Shown piece by piece: positions 19,369 to 27,079 of a stretch of 64,000 nt of DNA. The DNA is from an uncultured Acidobacteriota bacterium (GTDB taxonomy: Bacteria; Acidobacteriota; Terriglobia; Terriglobales; Acidobacteriaceae), in the NCBI GenBank assembly GCA_963842075.1, contig CAWJFA010000017.1, forward strand, positions 664 through 64,663, read 5' to 3'. Below the pieces are notes generated by a model, which saw only the letters and a program-made list of their open reading frames with translations, made no database searches and was not told the DNA's origin. The number at the start of each line of letters is the position of its first letter. Position 1 is the first letter of the stretch. The position numbers and the translations under genes are program-made.

Positions 19369-20046
19369 CTAGGCGTGCGAAGCCGGATTCGGAGCCTCAA
19401 CCTCTGCCGCTGCCGCCGGCGCGGGCTGCTTGTCCTTTTCCGGCGCAACCTTGTCCTTTTCCTGCGCCAGCTTCTTTTCCTGTTTCGCTTTCTGCTTTGC
19501 CTCTTTTTCTCTTTCCTTCTCCCGCTCCGCCGCCGTCTTCTTCGGCGCCAATATCGCATGCAAAGTGTTTCCTTCTTGGCGGGGGCGGAATTCGACGATG
19601 CTGTGGGGTTCTACGTCTTTAATCAGGCGCTCCAGGATCTGCCGGCCTAAACCGGTGCGGGTCATTTCACGTCCGCGGAAAAAGATGGTGGCTTTTACTT
19701 TGTCGCCGCCATCGAGGAAGCGCAGGACGTGATTTTTTTTGGTCTCGTAATCGTGGTCGTCCACATTGATGCGGAACTTGACCTCTTTCACTGTGATGGT
19801 CTTCTGATGCTTCTTGGCTTCGCGCTCTTTCTTTTCCTGTTGGTAGAGATATTTCCCGTAATCCATGATGCGGCATACGGGAGGCTGGGCGGTAGGTGAA
19901 ATCTCGACCAAGTCCAGGTTCTTGCTGCGGGCCAGTTTGAGCGCCTCGTAGGGAGGCATCACGCCAATCTGTTCACCCTCATCACCGATCACGCGAATTT
20001 CGCGGGCTCGAATGCGATCATTGGTTCGGATAAAACGTTTATCGAT
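19369..20046 (-). CDS. infC: translation initiation factor IF-3 (non-canonical ATC start proposed)
   Basis: The track ORF starts at internal GTG 19992 and truncates the N-domain. The frame stays open upstream and encodes IDKRFIRTNDRIRAREIRVIGDEGEQIGV. No ATG/GTG/TTG lies in frame upstream. ATC at 20046-20044 sits 4 nt after GGAGGA. Has a K/E-rich ~55-aa C-terminal tail. Confidence 0.88.
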   Translation of the reverse strand: MDKRFIRTNDRIRAREIRVIGDEGEQIGVMPPYEALKLARSKNLDLVEISPTAQPPVCRIMDYGKYLYQQEKKEREAKKHQKTITVKEVKFRINVDDHDYETKKNHVLRFLDGGDKVKATIFFRGREMTRTGLGRQILERLIKDVEPHSIVEFRPRQEGNTLHAILAPKKTAAEREKEREKEAKQKAKQEKKLAQEKDKVAPEKDKQPAPAAAAEVEAPNPASHA

Positions 20047-20082
20047 AGGGTCCTCCGCGCTTTGAGCGACTGGGAATACAAA

Positions 20083-20091
20083 ATTATAGCA
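20083..20091 (-). promoter_or_regulatory. extended -10 element (TGCTATAAT) upstream of infC
   Basis: The minus strand reads TGCTATAAT about 37 nt upstream of the proposed infC start. No good -35. Confidence 0.3.
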
Positions 20092-20149
20092 TGGGGGATT
20101 GGGGATAGTTGCCGCTTCGATGCAGCCGTTGCGGGCTGAGGGCTTGGCA

Positions 20150-20182
20150 GTCGAAGGATGACAATTCCTCGGCAGGATGACG
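20150..20182. repeat. degenerate or fused family-1 fragment
   Basis: GTCGAAGGATGACAATTCCTCGGCAGGATGACG. Confidence 0.6.
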
Positions 20183-20187
20183 ATTCT

Positions 20188-20685
20188 TTAGAGGCCGCGG
20201 AACATTAGGTCTTCGAGGGCCATGCGGCGGACCTGCCAGAAGTCGCGCTCTTCGCCGTTCACGTTCAGACGGCACTTGCCGCTGTCGTCGAAGGTCAGCG
20301 TGATGTCGAACATGCGATTGCCTTGATCGTCACGCACTGAAATTCCGTGCTCGGCGAGGCTGAAGATTACCGCCCGGTGCAATTCTTTGGCATCCAGGCG
20401 AACGGTTATTTCGACGGTATCCTCGGCCAGCGAAAATTCGTAGGGCGAATTCTGAGGACGCAGCGAGTTGCGAGTGTTCACGTCCTGTTCAATCTGTGAG
20501 CGGAGGGCGCTGAATATTTTTGGCAGGGAGCAGGAAGAGCGCTCGGTAATCCAATTAAATTGGGGGGTGCCGTTTTGAGCTTTCTGGTTCTCGCCGTTGC
20601 CGGCCTGGGGCCTGCCGTTGTCTTTGATTTTGTCCGCTTTGCCGCCGGCCACTGCGTCGTCGCTTTTTACATTGCTGCCGTTCAC
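20188..20685 (-). CDS. hypothetical protein
   Basis: 165 aa. Disordered N/G/K-rich N-terminus, then a globular-looking C-terminal domain (...FDITLTFDDSGKCRLNVNGEERDFWQVRRMALEDLMFRGL). Occupies the slot directly upstream of infC. Confidence 0.5.
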   Translation of the reverse strand: MNGSNVKSDDAVAGGKADKIKDNGRPQAGNGENQKAQNGTPQFNWITERSSCSLPKIFSALRSQIEQDVNTRNSLRPQNSPYEFSLAEDTVEITVRLDAKELHRAVIFSLAEHGISVRDDQGNRMFDITLTFDDSGKCRLNVNGEERDFWQVRRMALEDLMFRGL

Positions 20686-21202
20686 GTTTTGAGCCTTTCA
20701 GGCATTGGACCTGAACCGGCGTAGATCAATATCTAGCTCCATTCAGAGAAACAGTAAAAATCTGAACTTCGTCGCCTCATATCCTCCGCCGATTCTCTGA
20801 CACTGTTCGTCTTCGATGGTCCAAGGCTAACCCGCGTCTATCTGTTCGCCGATTTAGATGCCAATTTGGGGCGGGGCTGCTGGCTACCATCGGGAAGTTT
20901 TTCGCATCAGAGTGCCATGGCGACTTCAGCCTCAATGCGATTTGAAACGTGCCTGCCCACCCGGTACCGTGTCCGCACGCCGGCGGAGCCGATGCCGCCG
21001 CCGATTAAGGAGCCCCCGAGCCCGATGGAGAATCCGGACGCGCCGGTGCGGGAACCTGATCCAGAGCAGCCGGAGCAGATCTGAAGGGCCACGCCGCTCC
21101 CTCGGCTTGAGGGCCGCCCCCGTTGCCCGCACGAAACCTCTCCGGCTTGCGCTTGCTCAACTCACCCTGGAGCGTCTCGCGGTTTCGGTGGCAAGTTGCA
21201 TA

Positions 21203-21238
21203 GGTCCTTCGGCGCAAAGAACGCGCCTCAGGATGACA
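21203..21238 (+). repeat. family-1 element, short variant
   Basis: GGTCCTTCGGCGCAAAGAACGCGCCTCAGGATGACA, preceded by GTTGCATA. Confidence 0.85.
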
Positions 21239-21380
21239 GCTGTAGCGAGCGGTTGAATTACCTGGTTTAAGTTGTGGAAAAAGTTGTCAATAGGCAAAAC
21301 TTGCACGATGGGGCTTATCTCATAGCAAACGCGACGTAAATATTTTGGCAAACATGTCCCAATCGCTATATTCTTTATGA

Positions 21381-21386
21381 TATAAT
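21381..21386 (+). promoter_or_regulatory. -10-like TATAAT in an AT-rich tract
   Basis: TATGATATAAT at 21376-21386 within a markedly AT-rich ~170-nt stretch. About 75 nt before ATG 21462. Confidence 0.25.
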
Positions 21387-21408
21387 AGTAAGTAGAAATA
21401 AATCACAC

Positions 21409-21444
21409 AAAGGCGCAGCCCACGGGTTGCGCCTTTTGTATTTC
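21409..21444 (+). terminator. hairpin plus T-rich tail in the leader of the PD-(D/E)XK gene
   Basis: AAAGGCGCA (21409-21417), 10-nt loop, TGCGCCTTT (21428-21436), then TGTATTTC. Perfect 9-bp stem. Confidence 0.35.
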
Positions 21445-21461
21445 TGAAGGCGGGTACTGGC

Positions 21462-21950
21462 ATGGGACTACCGGGTAAGTGGTTCATGAACAATGCGGAG
21501 CGTGGCGAGTGGGCGGAGATCAGGTTTGTGGCGCGGGCAGCAGAACAGCGCTTTCGCGTCTCCAAGCCGTGGGGAAATATGTCGCCCTATGATCTGATGG
21601 TCGAACGCGACGGCGTCGCCCACCGGGTGCAAGTGAAATCAACGACCTGCCGTGTAAGCGCGAAGGCTTATAGCTGCAGGATGCCAAGCGGGAAGAGGCT
21701 GACCCGGATCCTGCAAGAGATTGATTTCGTGGCCGCGTACCTGATCCCACTCGACCTTTGGTACATCATCCCAGCCGGAATCGTGAAAAAAAGAAAGGGA
21801 GCAATCTCGCTCGCGCCTTGGGATCGACGAGCCAAGTACGAGCGCTACATAGAGGCCTGGTATCTGCTTCGGAGTTGGAGAAAGAAAAGTCGGCAGGACC
21901 CTTCAGTCGCGCGAGAAAGGAACGAGGCAAGAGCGAGGTCTCGTTCATAG
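21462..21950 (+). CDS. PD-(D/E)XK-type endonuclease (small Hjc/PDDEXK_5-like)
   Basis: 162 aa. ERGEWAEIRFVARAAEQRFRVSKPWGNMSPYDLMVERDGVAHRVQVKSTT...IDFVAAYLIPLDLWYIIP fits an E...D...(Q/E)VK nuclease core. Alternative start ATG 21486. Confidence 0.6.
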   Translation: MGLPGKWFMNNAERGEWAEIRFVARAAEQRFRVSKPWGNMSPYDLMVERDGVAHRVQVKSTTCRVSAKAYSCRMPSGKRLTRILQEIDFVAAYLIPLDLWYIIPAGIVKKRKGAISLAPWDRRAKYERYIEAWYLLRSWRKKSRQDPSVARERNEARARSRS

Positions 21951-22021
21951 CGGCAGGGCCACTATTCGATTTTCCAAAGATTGAACTTCTCGCAAAGGGC
22001 GCGAAAAAAGGACGCGAAAAT

Positions 22022-22047
22022 GGGGCACCCACTTTTATGGGTGCCCC
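22022..22047. terminator. perfect 10-bp hairpin between convergent genes
   Basis: GGGGCACCCA, loop CTTTTA, TGGGTGCCCC. On the minus strand it lies 20 nt after the stop of 22068..23177 and is followed by ATTTTC. Confidence 0.5.
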
Positions 22048-22067
22048 GCTGTGCTACTTCTTCGGCC

Positions 22068-23177
22068 CTATTTTTTCGGGTGAGGGGCCTGGTGCGTTTG
22101 CAGGTTCTGGCGTTGGGTTGTGTGGCGCTGTTGCAATTGCTGCGTTTGCTGAGCGTGCTTCTGTTCTACTTGCTGCTTCTCGGCCTCGCTGGCATTGCGT
22201 TGCGCCAGTTGGGCGTGTTCCTTATCCTGCTGCGCCTGCACTTTCTGGCGCTCCTGGTTTTGTTTATCCATTAGCTTCTGCTGCTGTTTCTGGTACTTCT
22301 GATCGAGTTTTGCATTGCCGGTGTTGGGAGCCGCGGGACGTTCGGCAGGCGGAAGTTCGTTGGGATGAACCGCGGGCCGGGCTCCGCCGGATGCGTTTTC
22401 AGGATGCGCTTCCGCGCCTCGATTCGCAGCAGCGCGATTTGCTGGAGGGTGATAGGGAGCTCCGGCTTCGCGCGCGGGGACGGCGGTGTGGAAGTCGCCA
22501 GGGCGAGCGGTGGCCGCGATCGGCGGGCGTCCCTGGTTTGCCGAGGCGCGCAACTGAGGATTGCTGCGAGCCTGTTGGATGTGCTGATTCTGCGCGGCGA
22601 CGGGGCCGATGTGGCGATCGTGCTCGGCCGCTTCCTCTTCCGGCCTGGGACGCGCGTTGATGCCACCCTCGCCTCCGTTGTAGCTGACGTGAGTGTTGTT
22701 CACGATGGTGACGTGCTCGTTGTAGACGTTGTGAATATTGACGACGTTGACGTTGAGCACGTCGCGGTTATAGAAGAAATGGCCATCCTGCCAGCGGCCG
22801 CCGACAAATCCTTCTCCGAAGTAGCCAAAGCCGTAGTTGATGCCGCCGTAAAAACCGATGTGCGGACCCCACCAACCTTCATGGAATAAGAAAACGCCGC
22901 CCTCCCAGCCCCACCATGGCGGAGTCCAAAGGAAGCCGACTTCGGGCGCTTCCACCCAGGTGCCGGGAACCCAGTAATAATCGTCGTCGTCGGAGTCCCA
23001 GGCCCAGTAGCCGGGAGTCCAGAGATAGCCGTCGCCGGGACAGACCGGCTGTTCATAAACCGGAATGGCGGGCGGACCGAAGGCCACGCTGATGCGGACC
23101 TGCGCGGAGGCCGCAACTGACATTACGAGCACTGCGAACGCGAACAACATTGTACGAATCGAGCGAGTCATGCGCAT
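22068..23177 (-). CDS. secreted YXWGXW-repeat protein with Q/K-rich coiled-coil tail
   Basis: Signal peptide MRMTRSIRTMLFAFAVLVMSVAASAQ. Repeats YLWTPGYWAW, YYWVPGTWV, FLWTPPWWGW. C-terminus is KQQQKLMDKQNQERQKVQAQQDKEHAQL... Confidence 0.8.
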   Translation of the reverse strand: MRMTRSIRTMLFAFAVLVMSVAASAQVRISVAFGPPAIPVYEQPVCPGDGYLWTPGYWAWDSDDDDYYWVPGTWVEAPEVGFLWTPPWWGWEGGVFLFHEGWWGPHIGFYGGINYGFGYFGEGFVGGRWQDGHFFYNRDVLNVNVVNIHNVYNEHVTIVNNTHVSYNGGEGGINARPRPEEEAAEHDRHIGPVAAQNQHIQQARSNPQLRASANQGRPPIAATARPGDFHTAVPAREAGAPYHPPANRAAANRGAEAHPENASGGARPAVHPNELPPAERPAAPNTGNAKLDQKYQKQQQKLMDKQNQERQKVQAQQDKEHAQLAQRNASEAEKQQVEQKHAQQTQQLQQRHTTQRQNLQTHQAPHPKK

Positions 23178-23399
23178 AGAGTCCTCTCGTTGCCCAATCG
23201 TCTTTCGTAAACCCGGTGCTGCTGGAATTGTTGCGGGTTGTGTGGACGGATCGGAGCGGTGGTTATCCAGGTGAGTTCGAGATATCAGTCATAAAACCGG
23301 GAAGAGACTAGCAGGAGCGAGTCAACTGTTTGCTCGGGTCTTCACTGTAGAGGCGTAGGTGCTTTGCCGGAGTGAAAGTTTATAGAGAGGAGAGAGGAG

Positions 23400-24836
23400 T
23401 TAACCACAGAGAGCAGGGAGGGGCAGAGGAGAATACTGGCGGGGTTCGGTGAGGGATCCGACTAATGCGCCCTCGGCTGCGTCTTCGACGTGGACGGAGA
23501 TCCAATGATTGGGGGCGTGGCGTCCCTTAAGGAAGAGCCTTTGATAGTTGTCGGTGAGACATTCGGTAAAGGCTTCGGGGGCGGGAGTGCCTGCGCTACG
23601 CGAGTGGAGCGTGATGGCTTCGATCTTTTTTCCGACGAAGCTGCGCATGAAGGCGAGTTTTTTTTCGGCGGCGAGGTCGCGAAGGATTTTGTTGCGCTCG
23701 CGGGCGATGTGCACCGGGACTTGATTGGGCATGGCAGCGGCTGGCGTGCCGGGGCGCGCGGAGTAGGTGAAGACGTGCAGGTAGGTGAAGGGCAGGTCTT
23801 CGATGAGGCGGATGGTGGATTCGAATTCGGCGCGGGTTTCGCCGGGGAATCCGGTCATGACATCGGCGCCAATGGCGGCGGTGGGCATGGCGGCGTGAAT
23901 CTTTTCGATTTTCTCGCGATAGTGCCAGGGGCGATATTTGCGGTGCATGCGGCGAAGGACGGTGTCGCTGCCGGATTGCAGCGGGACGTGCGCATGTTTG
24001 GCGATGCGCGGGGAAGAAGCGACCAGGGAGATGAGGTCGTCGGTCCAGTCCATGGGTTCGACGGAGGAAATGCGAAGTTTTTCGAGCTGGGTTTGGGCGA
24101 GGATGGAGCGAAGAAGGGATTCGAAATTCGGGGTGCGAGTTTCAGAGACGAGGTCACGTCCCCAGCGGCCGAGATTGATGCCGCTGATTACCAGCTCGCG
24201 GTAGCCTGCGGCGACCAGAGTATTTACTTCGCGAATGATCTCTGGTAACGGCAGCGAGCGGCTGTGGCCGCGGACGCTGGGGATGACGCAGAAGGAGCAG
24301 CGGTTGTCGCATCCATCCTGTACTTTGAGGTTGGGGCGGGTGCGGCTGTTTTCGTGGGCAGATTCGAAGACCGGTGCGGCGAGGAGTTCGGTGTGGGCGA
24401 AGATGTCGGAGACGAAGAGCGGCCGTTGGTCGCTAGTCGTTGGTCGTCCGAAGGATGATGCGAGGCGGGCGAGCGGGACGAAAGTCTCAGGAGTGGTCGT
24501 AACTTCATCGAGCACGATTTCGGCGAGTTGGTGTTTGTGGGAGTTGCCGATTACGCAGGAGACGCCAGGAAGAGCGGCGATTTCCTGAGGAGCGCGCTGA
24601 GCGTAGCATCCGGTGACGATGATTTTTGCGGCTGGATTCTGGCGCTGGACGCGGCGGATGGCGGCGCGGGCGTCCTGATCGGCGGAACTGGTGACGGTGC
24701 AGGTGTTCAGAACTACGAAGTCGGCCTGGGAGGCGGAGGCGCGGTCGAGGCCGTGGAGTTCGAGCTGGCGTTCGAGGGCGGCGCCGTCGGCTTGGGTGGC
24801 GCGGCATCCGAAGTTTTCGACGTGGTAGGTGGGCAC
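23400..24836 (-). CDS. mtaB: radical SAM methylthiotransferase, MiaB/RimO family (MtaB-like)
   Basis: N-terminal UPF0004 domain (YHVENFGCRATQAD, VLNTCTVT), radical SAM CxxxCxxC (GCDNRCSFCVIP), C-terminal TRAM-like region. Start uncertain: GTG 24836 (MPTYHVENFGC) preferred over TTG 24914. Confidence 0.85.
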   Translation of the reverse strand: MPTYHVENFGCRATQADGAALERQLELHGLDRASASQADFVVLNTCTVTSSADQDARAAIRRVQRQNPAAKIIVTGCYAQRAPQEIAALPGVSCVIGNSHKHQLAEIVLDEVTTTPETFVPLARLASSFGRPTTSDQRPLFVSDIFAHTELLAAPVFESAHENSRTRPNLKVQDGCDNRCSFCVIPSVRGHSRSLPLPEIIREVNTLVAAGYRELVISGINLGRWGRDLVSETRTPNFESLLRSILAQTQLEKLRISSVEPMDWTDDLISLVASSPRIAKHAHVPLQSGSDTVLRRMHRKYRPWHYREKIEKIHAAMPTAAIGADVMTGFPGETRAEFESTIRLIEDLPFTYLHVFTYSARPGTPAAAMPNQVPVHIARERNKILRDLAAEKKLAFMRSFVGKKIEAITLHSRSAGTPAPEAFTECLTDNYQRLFLKGRHAPNHWISVHVEDAAEGALVGSLTEPRQYSPLPLPALCG

Positions 24837-24914
24837 GGGAACTATCGTAGCGCATTGGCGCCGACCGTGCCCAATCTCGAACTGCCAGCAATCAGGCCGT
24901 GATGGCCCCAGCAA

Positions 24915-25232
24915 TCAGGCGGTGATGGCCGTCTTCTTCTGCGTGAAGCACTCGCGGCAGAAAATGGGCCGCCCCTGGGTGGGACGGAAGGGGACGGTGG
25001 TCTCCTTGCCGCATTGGGAACAGGTGGCGCGAGTTTCGACGCGAGAGAAATGATGGCCGTCGCGCGGAGGCGGGGCGGCGGTGAGAACGGCCACGCGCTT
25101 GGACTTGCAGGATTTACAGCGCTTGGGCTCGTTCTTGAATTGCTTGTCGTAAAAAAACAGTTGTTCCCCAGCGGTGAACGTAAAGTTAGCACCGCAGTCG
25201 ATGCAGGTGAGTACTTTGTCCTGAAATTCCAT
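24915..25232 (-). CDS. zinc-ribbon protein (two CxxC...CxxC units)
   Basis: MEFQDKVLTCIDCGANFTFTAGEQLFFYDKQFKNEPKRCKSCKSKR...TCSQCGKETTVPFRPTQGRPIFCRECF. ATG 25232 has an AAGGGAG SD; the track ORF extension is unsupported. Confidence 0.7.
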   Translation of the reverse strand: MEFQDKVLTCIDCGANFTFTAGEQLFFYDKQFKNEPKRCKSCKSKRVAVLTAAPPPRDGHHFSRVETRATCSQCGKETTVPFRPTQGRPIFCRECFTQKKTAITA

Positions 25233-25456
25233 TGAGGATGGCTCCCTTATGCCCGTCGTTGCGCAGGCAAGCGCGGGGAAGCGCTGGCGAAGAGCAACAC
25301 AGGTTGTGTACATCCCCCCTCAAACTACCCCTGGACTCGGCCCCCCACGCGCCTAGAACGGGCGTGGGTACGGATATTCTTACGAAAACGCCGATTGAAT
25401 GATGAGTAATGAAATAATCCCTGGTGCAACTCTGCGCGGTGGGGGCCAACAGAGCA

Positions 25457-25481
25457 GGGCCGCCCCGGGACGGGGCGACCC
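25457..25481 (-). terminator. GC-rich hairpin downstream of rpsU
   Basis: GGGCCGCCCCG, loop GGA, CGGGGCGACCC (one mismatch), about 33 nt after the rpsU stop on the minus strand. Confidence 0.4.
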
Positions 25482-25513
25482 TTTACTGCCTTATTCTTTA
25501 CTCCTTGGAGTGC

Positions 25514-25711
25514 TTAATCCTGTTCTTTACGAACTTTTTTACGGGCACGCTTGCGGGCCAGCGCGGCTTTCACGCGTTTCTTCTCACCGGGTTTGAGGTA
25601 AAAGGAGTGACGCTTGACCTCCTTAATAATGTCTTCCTGTTGCACTTTGCGTTTGAAACGGCGCAGGGCGTTCTCGAGGGATTCACCCTCTTGAAGTCGA
25701 ATTTCCGCCAG
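25514..25711 (-). CDS. rpsU: 30S ribosomal protein S21 (not in the ORF track; non-canonical start)
   Basis: The minus strand translates to (L/M)AEIRLQEGESLENALRRFKRKVQQEDIIKEVKRHSFYLKPGEKKRVKAALARKRARKKVRKEQD*. Stop TAA is at 25516-25514. The only start candidates after the upstream in-frame TAA are CTG (25711-25709) and ATT (I4). Confidence 0.85.
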   Translation of the reverse strand: MAEIRLQEGESLENALRRFKRKVQQEDIIKEVKRHSFYLKPGEKKRVKAALARKRARKKVRKEQD

Positions 25712-26011
25712 ACAGACACACCCCCAGACCGTCCCAGTAGGACCGGATAGTTATTACAAGGAATTGGCGGGAAGTCAAGAGGGGAGTGGGAAAATGTTTG
25801 AGAGGGAGGGTCCATAAGGAGGTGCCGAACAGGGTTTTGCAGAAGCTGCAATGGGATGGTGGGCGCCATACAGCGAATACTGTATGGCAAGGTAACCGTA
25901 GATGAAGGAATTTTGATCGTACTCGGCGGGTGGAGCCGTGCGAGCCGCCTGCCAGCTTAACTTTTTTCGAGACCGAGGGTTAGTCGAGAGGGAGGTTAGG
26001 CACCCGTTATT

Positions 26012-27079
26012 ATGAAAATACCGACAGAGCCTATCGGAAGCATTCCGCGACCTGTGCAGTTGATAGAAGCGATTGCGGAAGCCGGGGACCATGCTGATCC
26101 GAAGTTGGACGCGCTTTACGACGATGCGATCCGGGACACCATTCGAGAGTTTGAGGCGACGGGTTCTCCGGTCATAACGGATGGGGAGCAGCGGAAGTAT
26201 CACAACTTCTGGACGTACGCTGTGCATGGATTGCACAACACGGCACCGGATGGTTTCAAGATTCCGTTTTCGGCCGGGCATGTGAGGCGGATGCCACGGC
26301 TTACCGCCGGGCCATTTCGTTACAAAGTTTATGCGGATCGATATCTTGATGTGGCCAAGCCGTACGCGCACAGGCCGATGAAGCAGGCGGTGATTTCGCC
26401 TTCGGCGCTCAGCTTAATGTACCCGGCGGAAGACATTCCGGGCTACTCGCGGCAGGAATTTATCGACGACCTGTTGCGCGAGCACGAGAAGGAGATTCGG
26501 CGGTGTTTTGAGAAGGGGGCGCAGAAAGTTCAGATCGATTTCACGGAAGGAAGGCTGGCGGTAAAACTGGATCCGTCGGGGGATTTGCTGAACAGTTTCG
26601 TCGGGCTGAATAATCTGGCACTGTCGCGATTCACGCCGGAGGAGCGACAACGGATTGGTGTGCACACCTGCCCGGGGGGCGATCGCGACTCGACGCACAG
26701 CGCGGACGTGGACTACGCGGATTTATTGCCCAGCCTGTTCGAATTGCGCGCAGGGAATTTTTACGTTGCGCTGGCGGGAGAAAAAGACCGGGTGGTGGTG
26801 CTGAAGATTATTCGCCAGTATTTGAAGCCGGACCAGCGAGTGTTTGTAGGGGTGGTTTCGCCCATCGATCCGCATGTGGATACGGCGGAGGAAGTTCGGG
26901 ACCGGGTGCTGGAGGCGGCGGAATATATTCCGCTGGAACAACTTGGGACCACCGACGATTGCGGCTTTGCTCCGTTCAGCGATGACACTTCGACGACGCG
27001 CGAAACCGCGTTTGCGAAAATTCGCGCTCGGGTGAAGGGCACACAGCTGGCTGAAGAAGCGCTCAGGAATGGCCGATGA
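26012..27079 (+). CDS. cobalamin-independent methionine synthase (MetE C-terminal domain)-like family protein
   Basis: 355 aa. MKIPTEPIGSIPRPVQLIEA..., ITDGEQRKYHNFW, VHTCPGGD, TTDDCGF. Single-domain MetE/UROD-like fold; physiological substrate unknown. Confidence 0.75.
   Translation: MKIPTEPIGSIPRPVQLIEAIAEAGDHADPKLDALYDDAIRDTIREFEATGSPVITDGEQRKYHNFWTYAVHGLHNTAPDGFKIPFSAGHVRRMPRLTAGPFRYKVYADRYLDVAKPYAHRPMKQAVISPSALSLMYPAEDIPGYSRQEFIDDLLREHEKEIRRCFEKGAQKVQIDFTEGRLAVKLDPSGDLLNSFVGLNNLALSRFTPEERQRIGVHTCPGGDRDSTHSADVDYADLLPSLFELRAGNFYVALAGEKDRVVVLKIIRQYLKPDQRVFVGVVSPIDPHVDTAEEVRDRVLEAAEYIPLEQLGTTDDCGFAPFSDDTSTTRETAFAKIRARVKGTQLAEEALRNGR

Noticed and set aside
19272-19650. Arg-rich (19272..19559) and Leu/Phe-rich (19339..19650) ORFs
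   Set aside because: They are alternative-frame and antisense readings of the K/E-rich tail of infC.
21758-22660. 300-aa plus-strand ORF spanning the nuclease 3' end and the YXWGXW gene
   Set aside because: It is antisense to a gene with a signal peptide and characteristic repeats. It crosses the convergent-gene hairpin at 22022-22047 and a repeat fragment.
24880-24920. Direct repeat CCTGATTGCTGG x2 at the zinc-ribbon / mtaB junction
   Set aside because: There are only two 12-nt copies 24 nt apart, spanning a stop codon. That is too little to distinguish from chance or local slippage. It is noted only because it affects the choice of mtaB start.
25712-26011. SAM or cobalamin riboswitch upstream of the MetE-like gene
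   Set aside because: A stretch (TCAAGAGGGGAGTGGGAAAA...GGTGCCGAAC) loosely resembles parts of the SAM-I core. However, I could not find a P1 helix, the GGCAACC segment or a B12 box. Only a perfect 9-bp hairpin (25865-25888) is solid. A covariance-model scan would be needed to revisit this.
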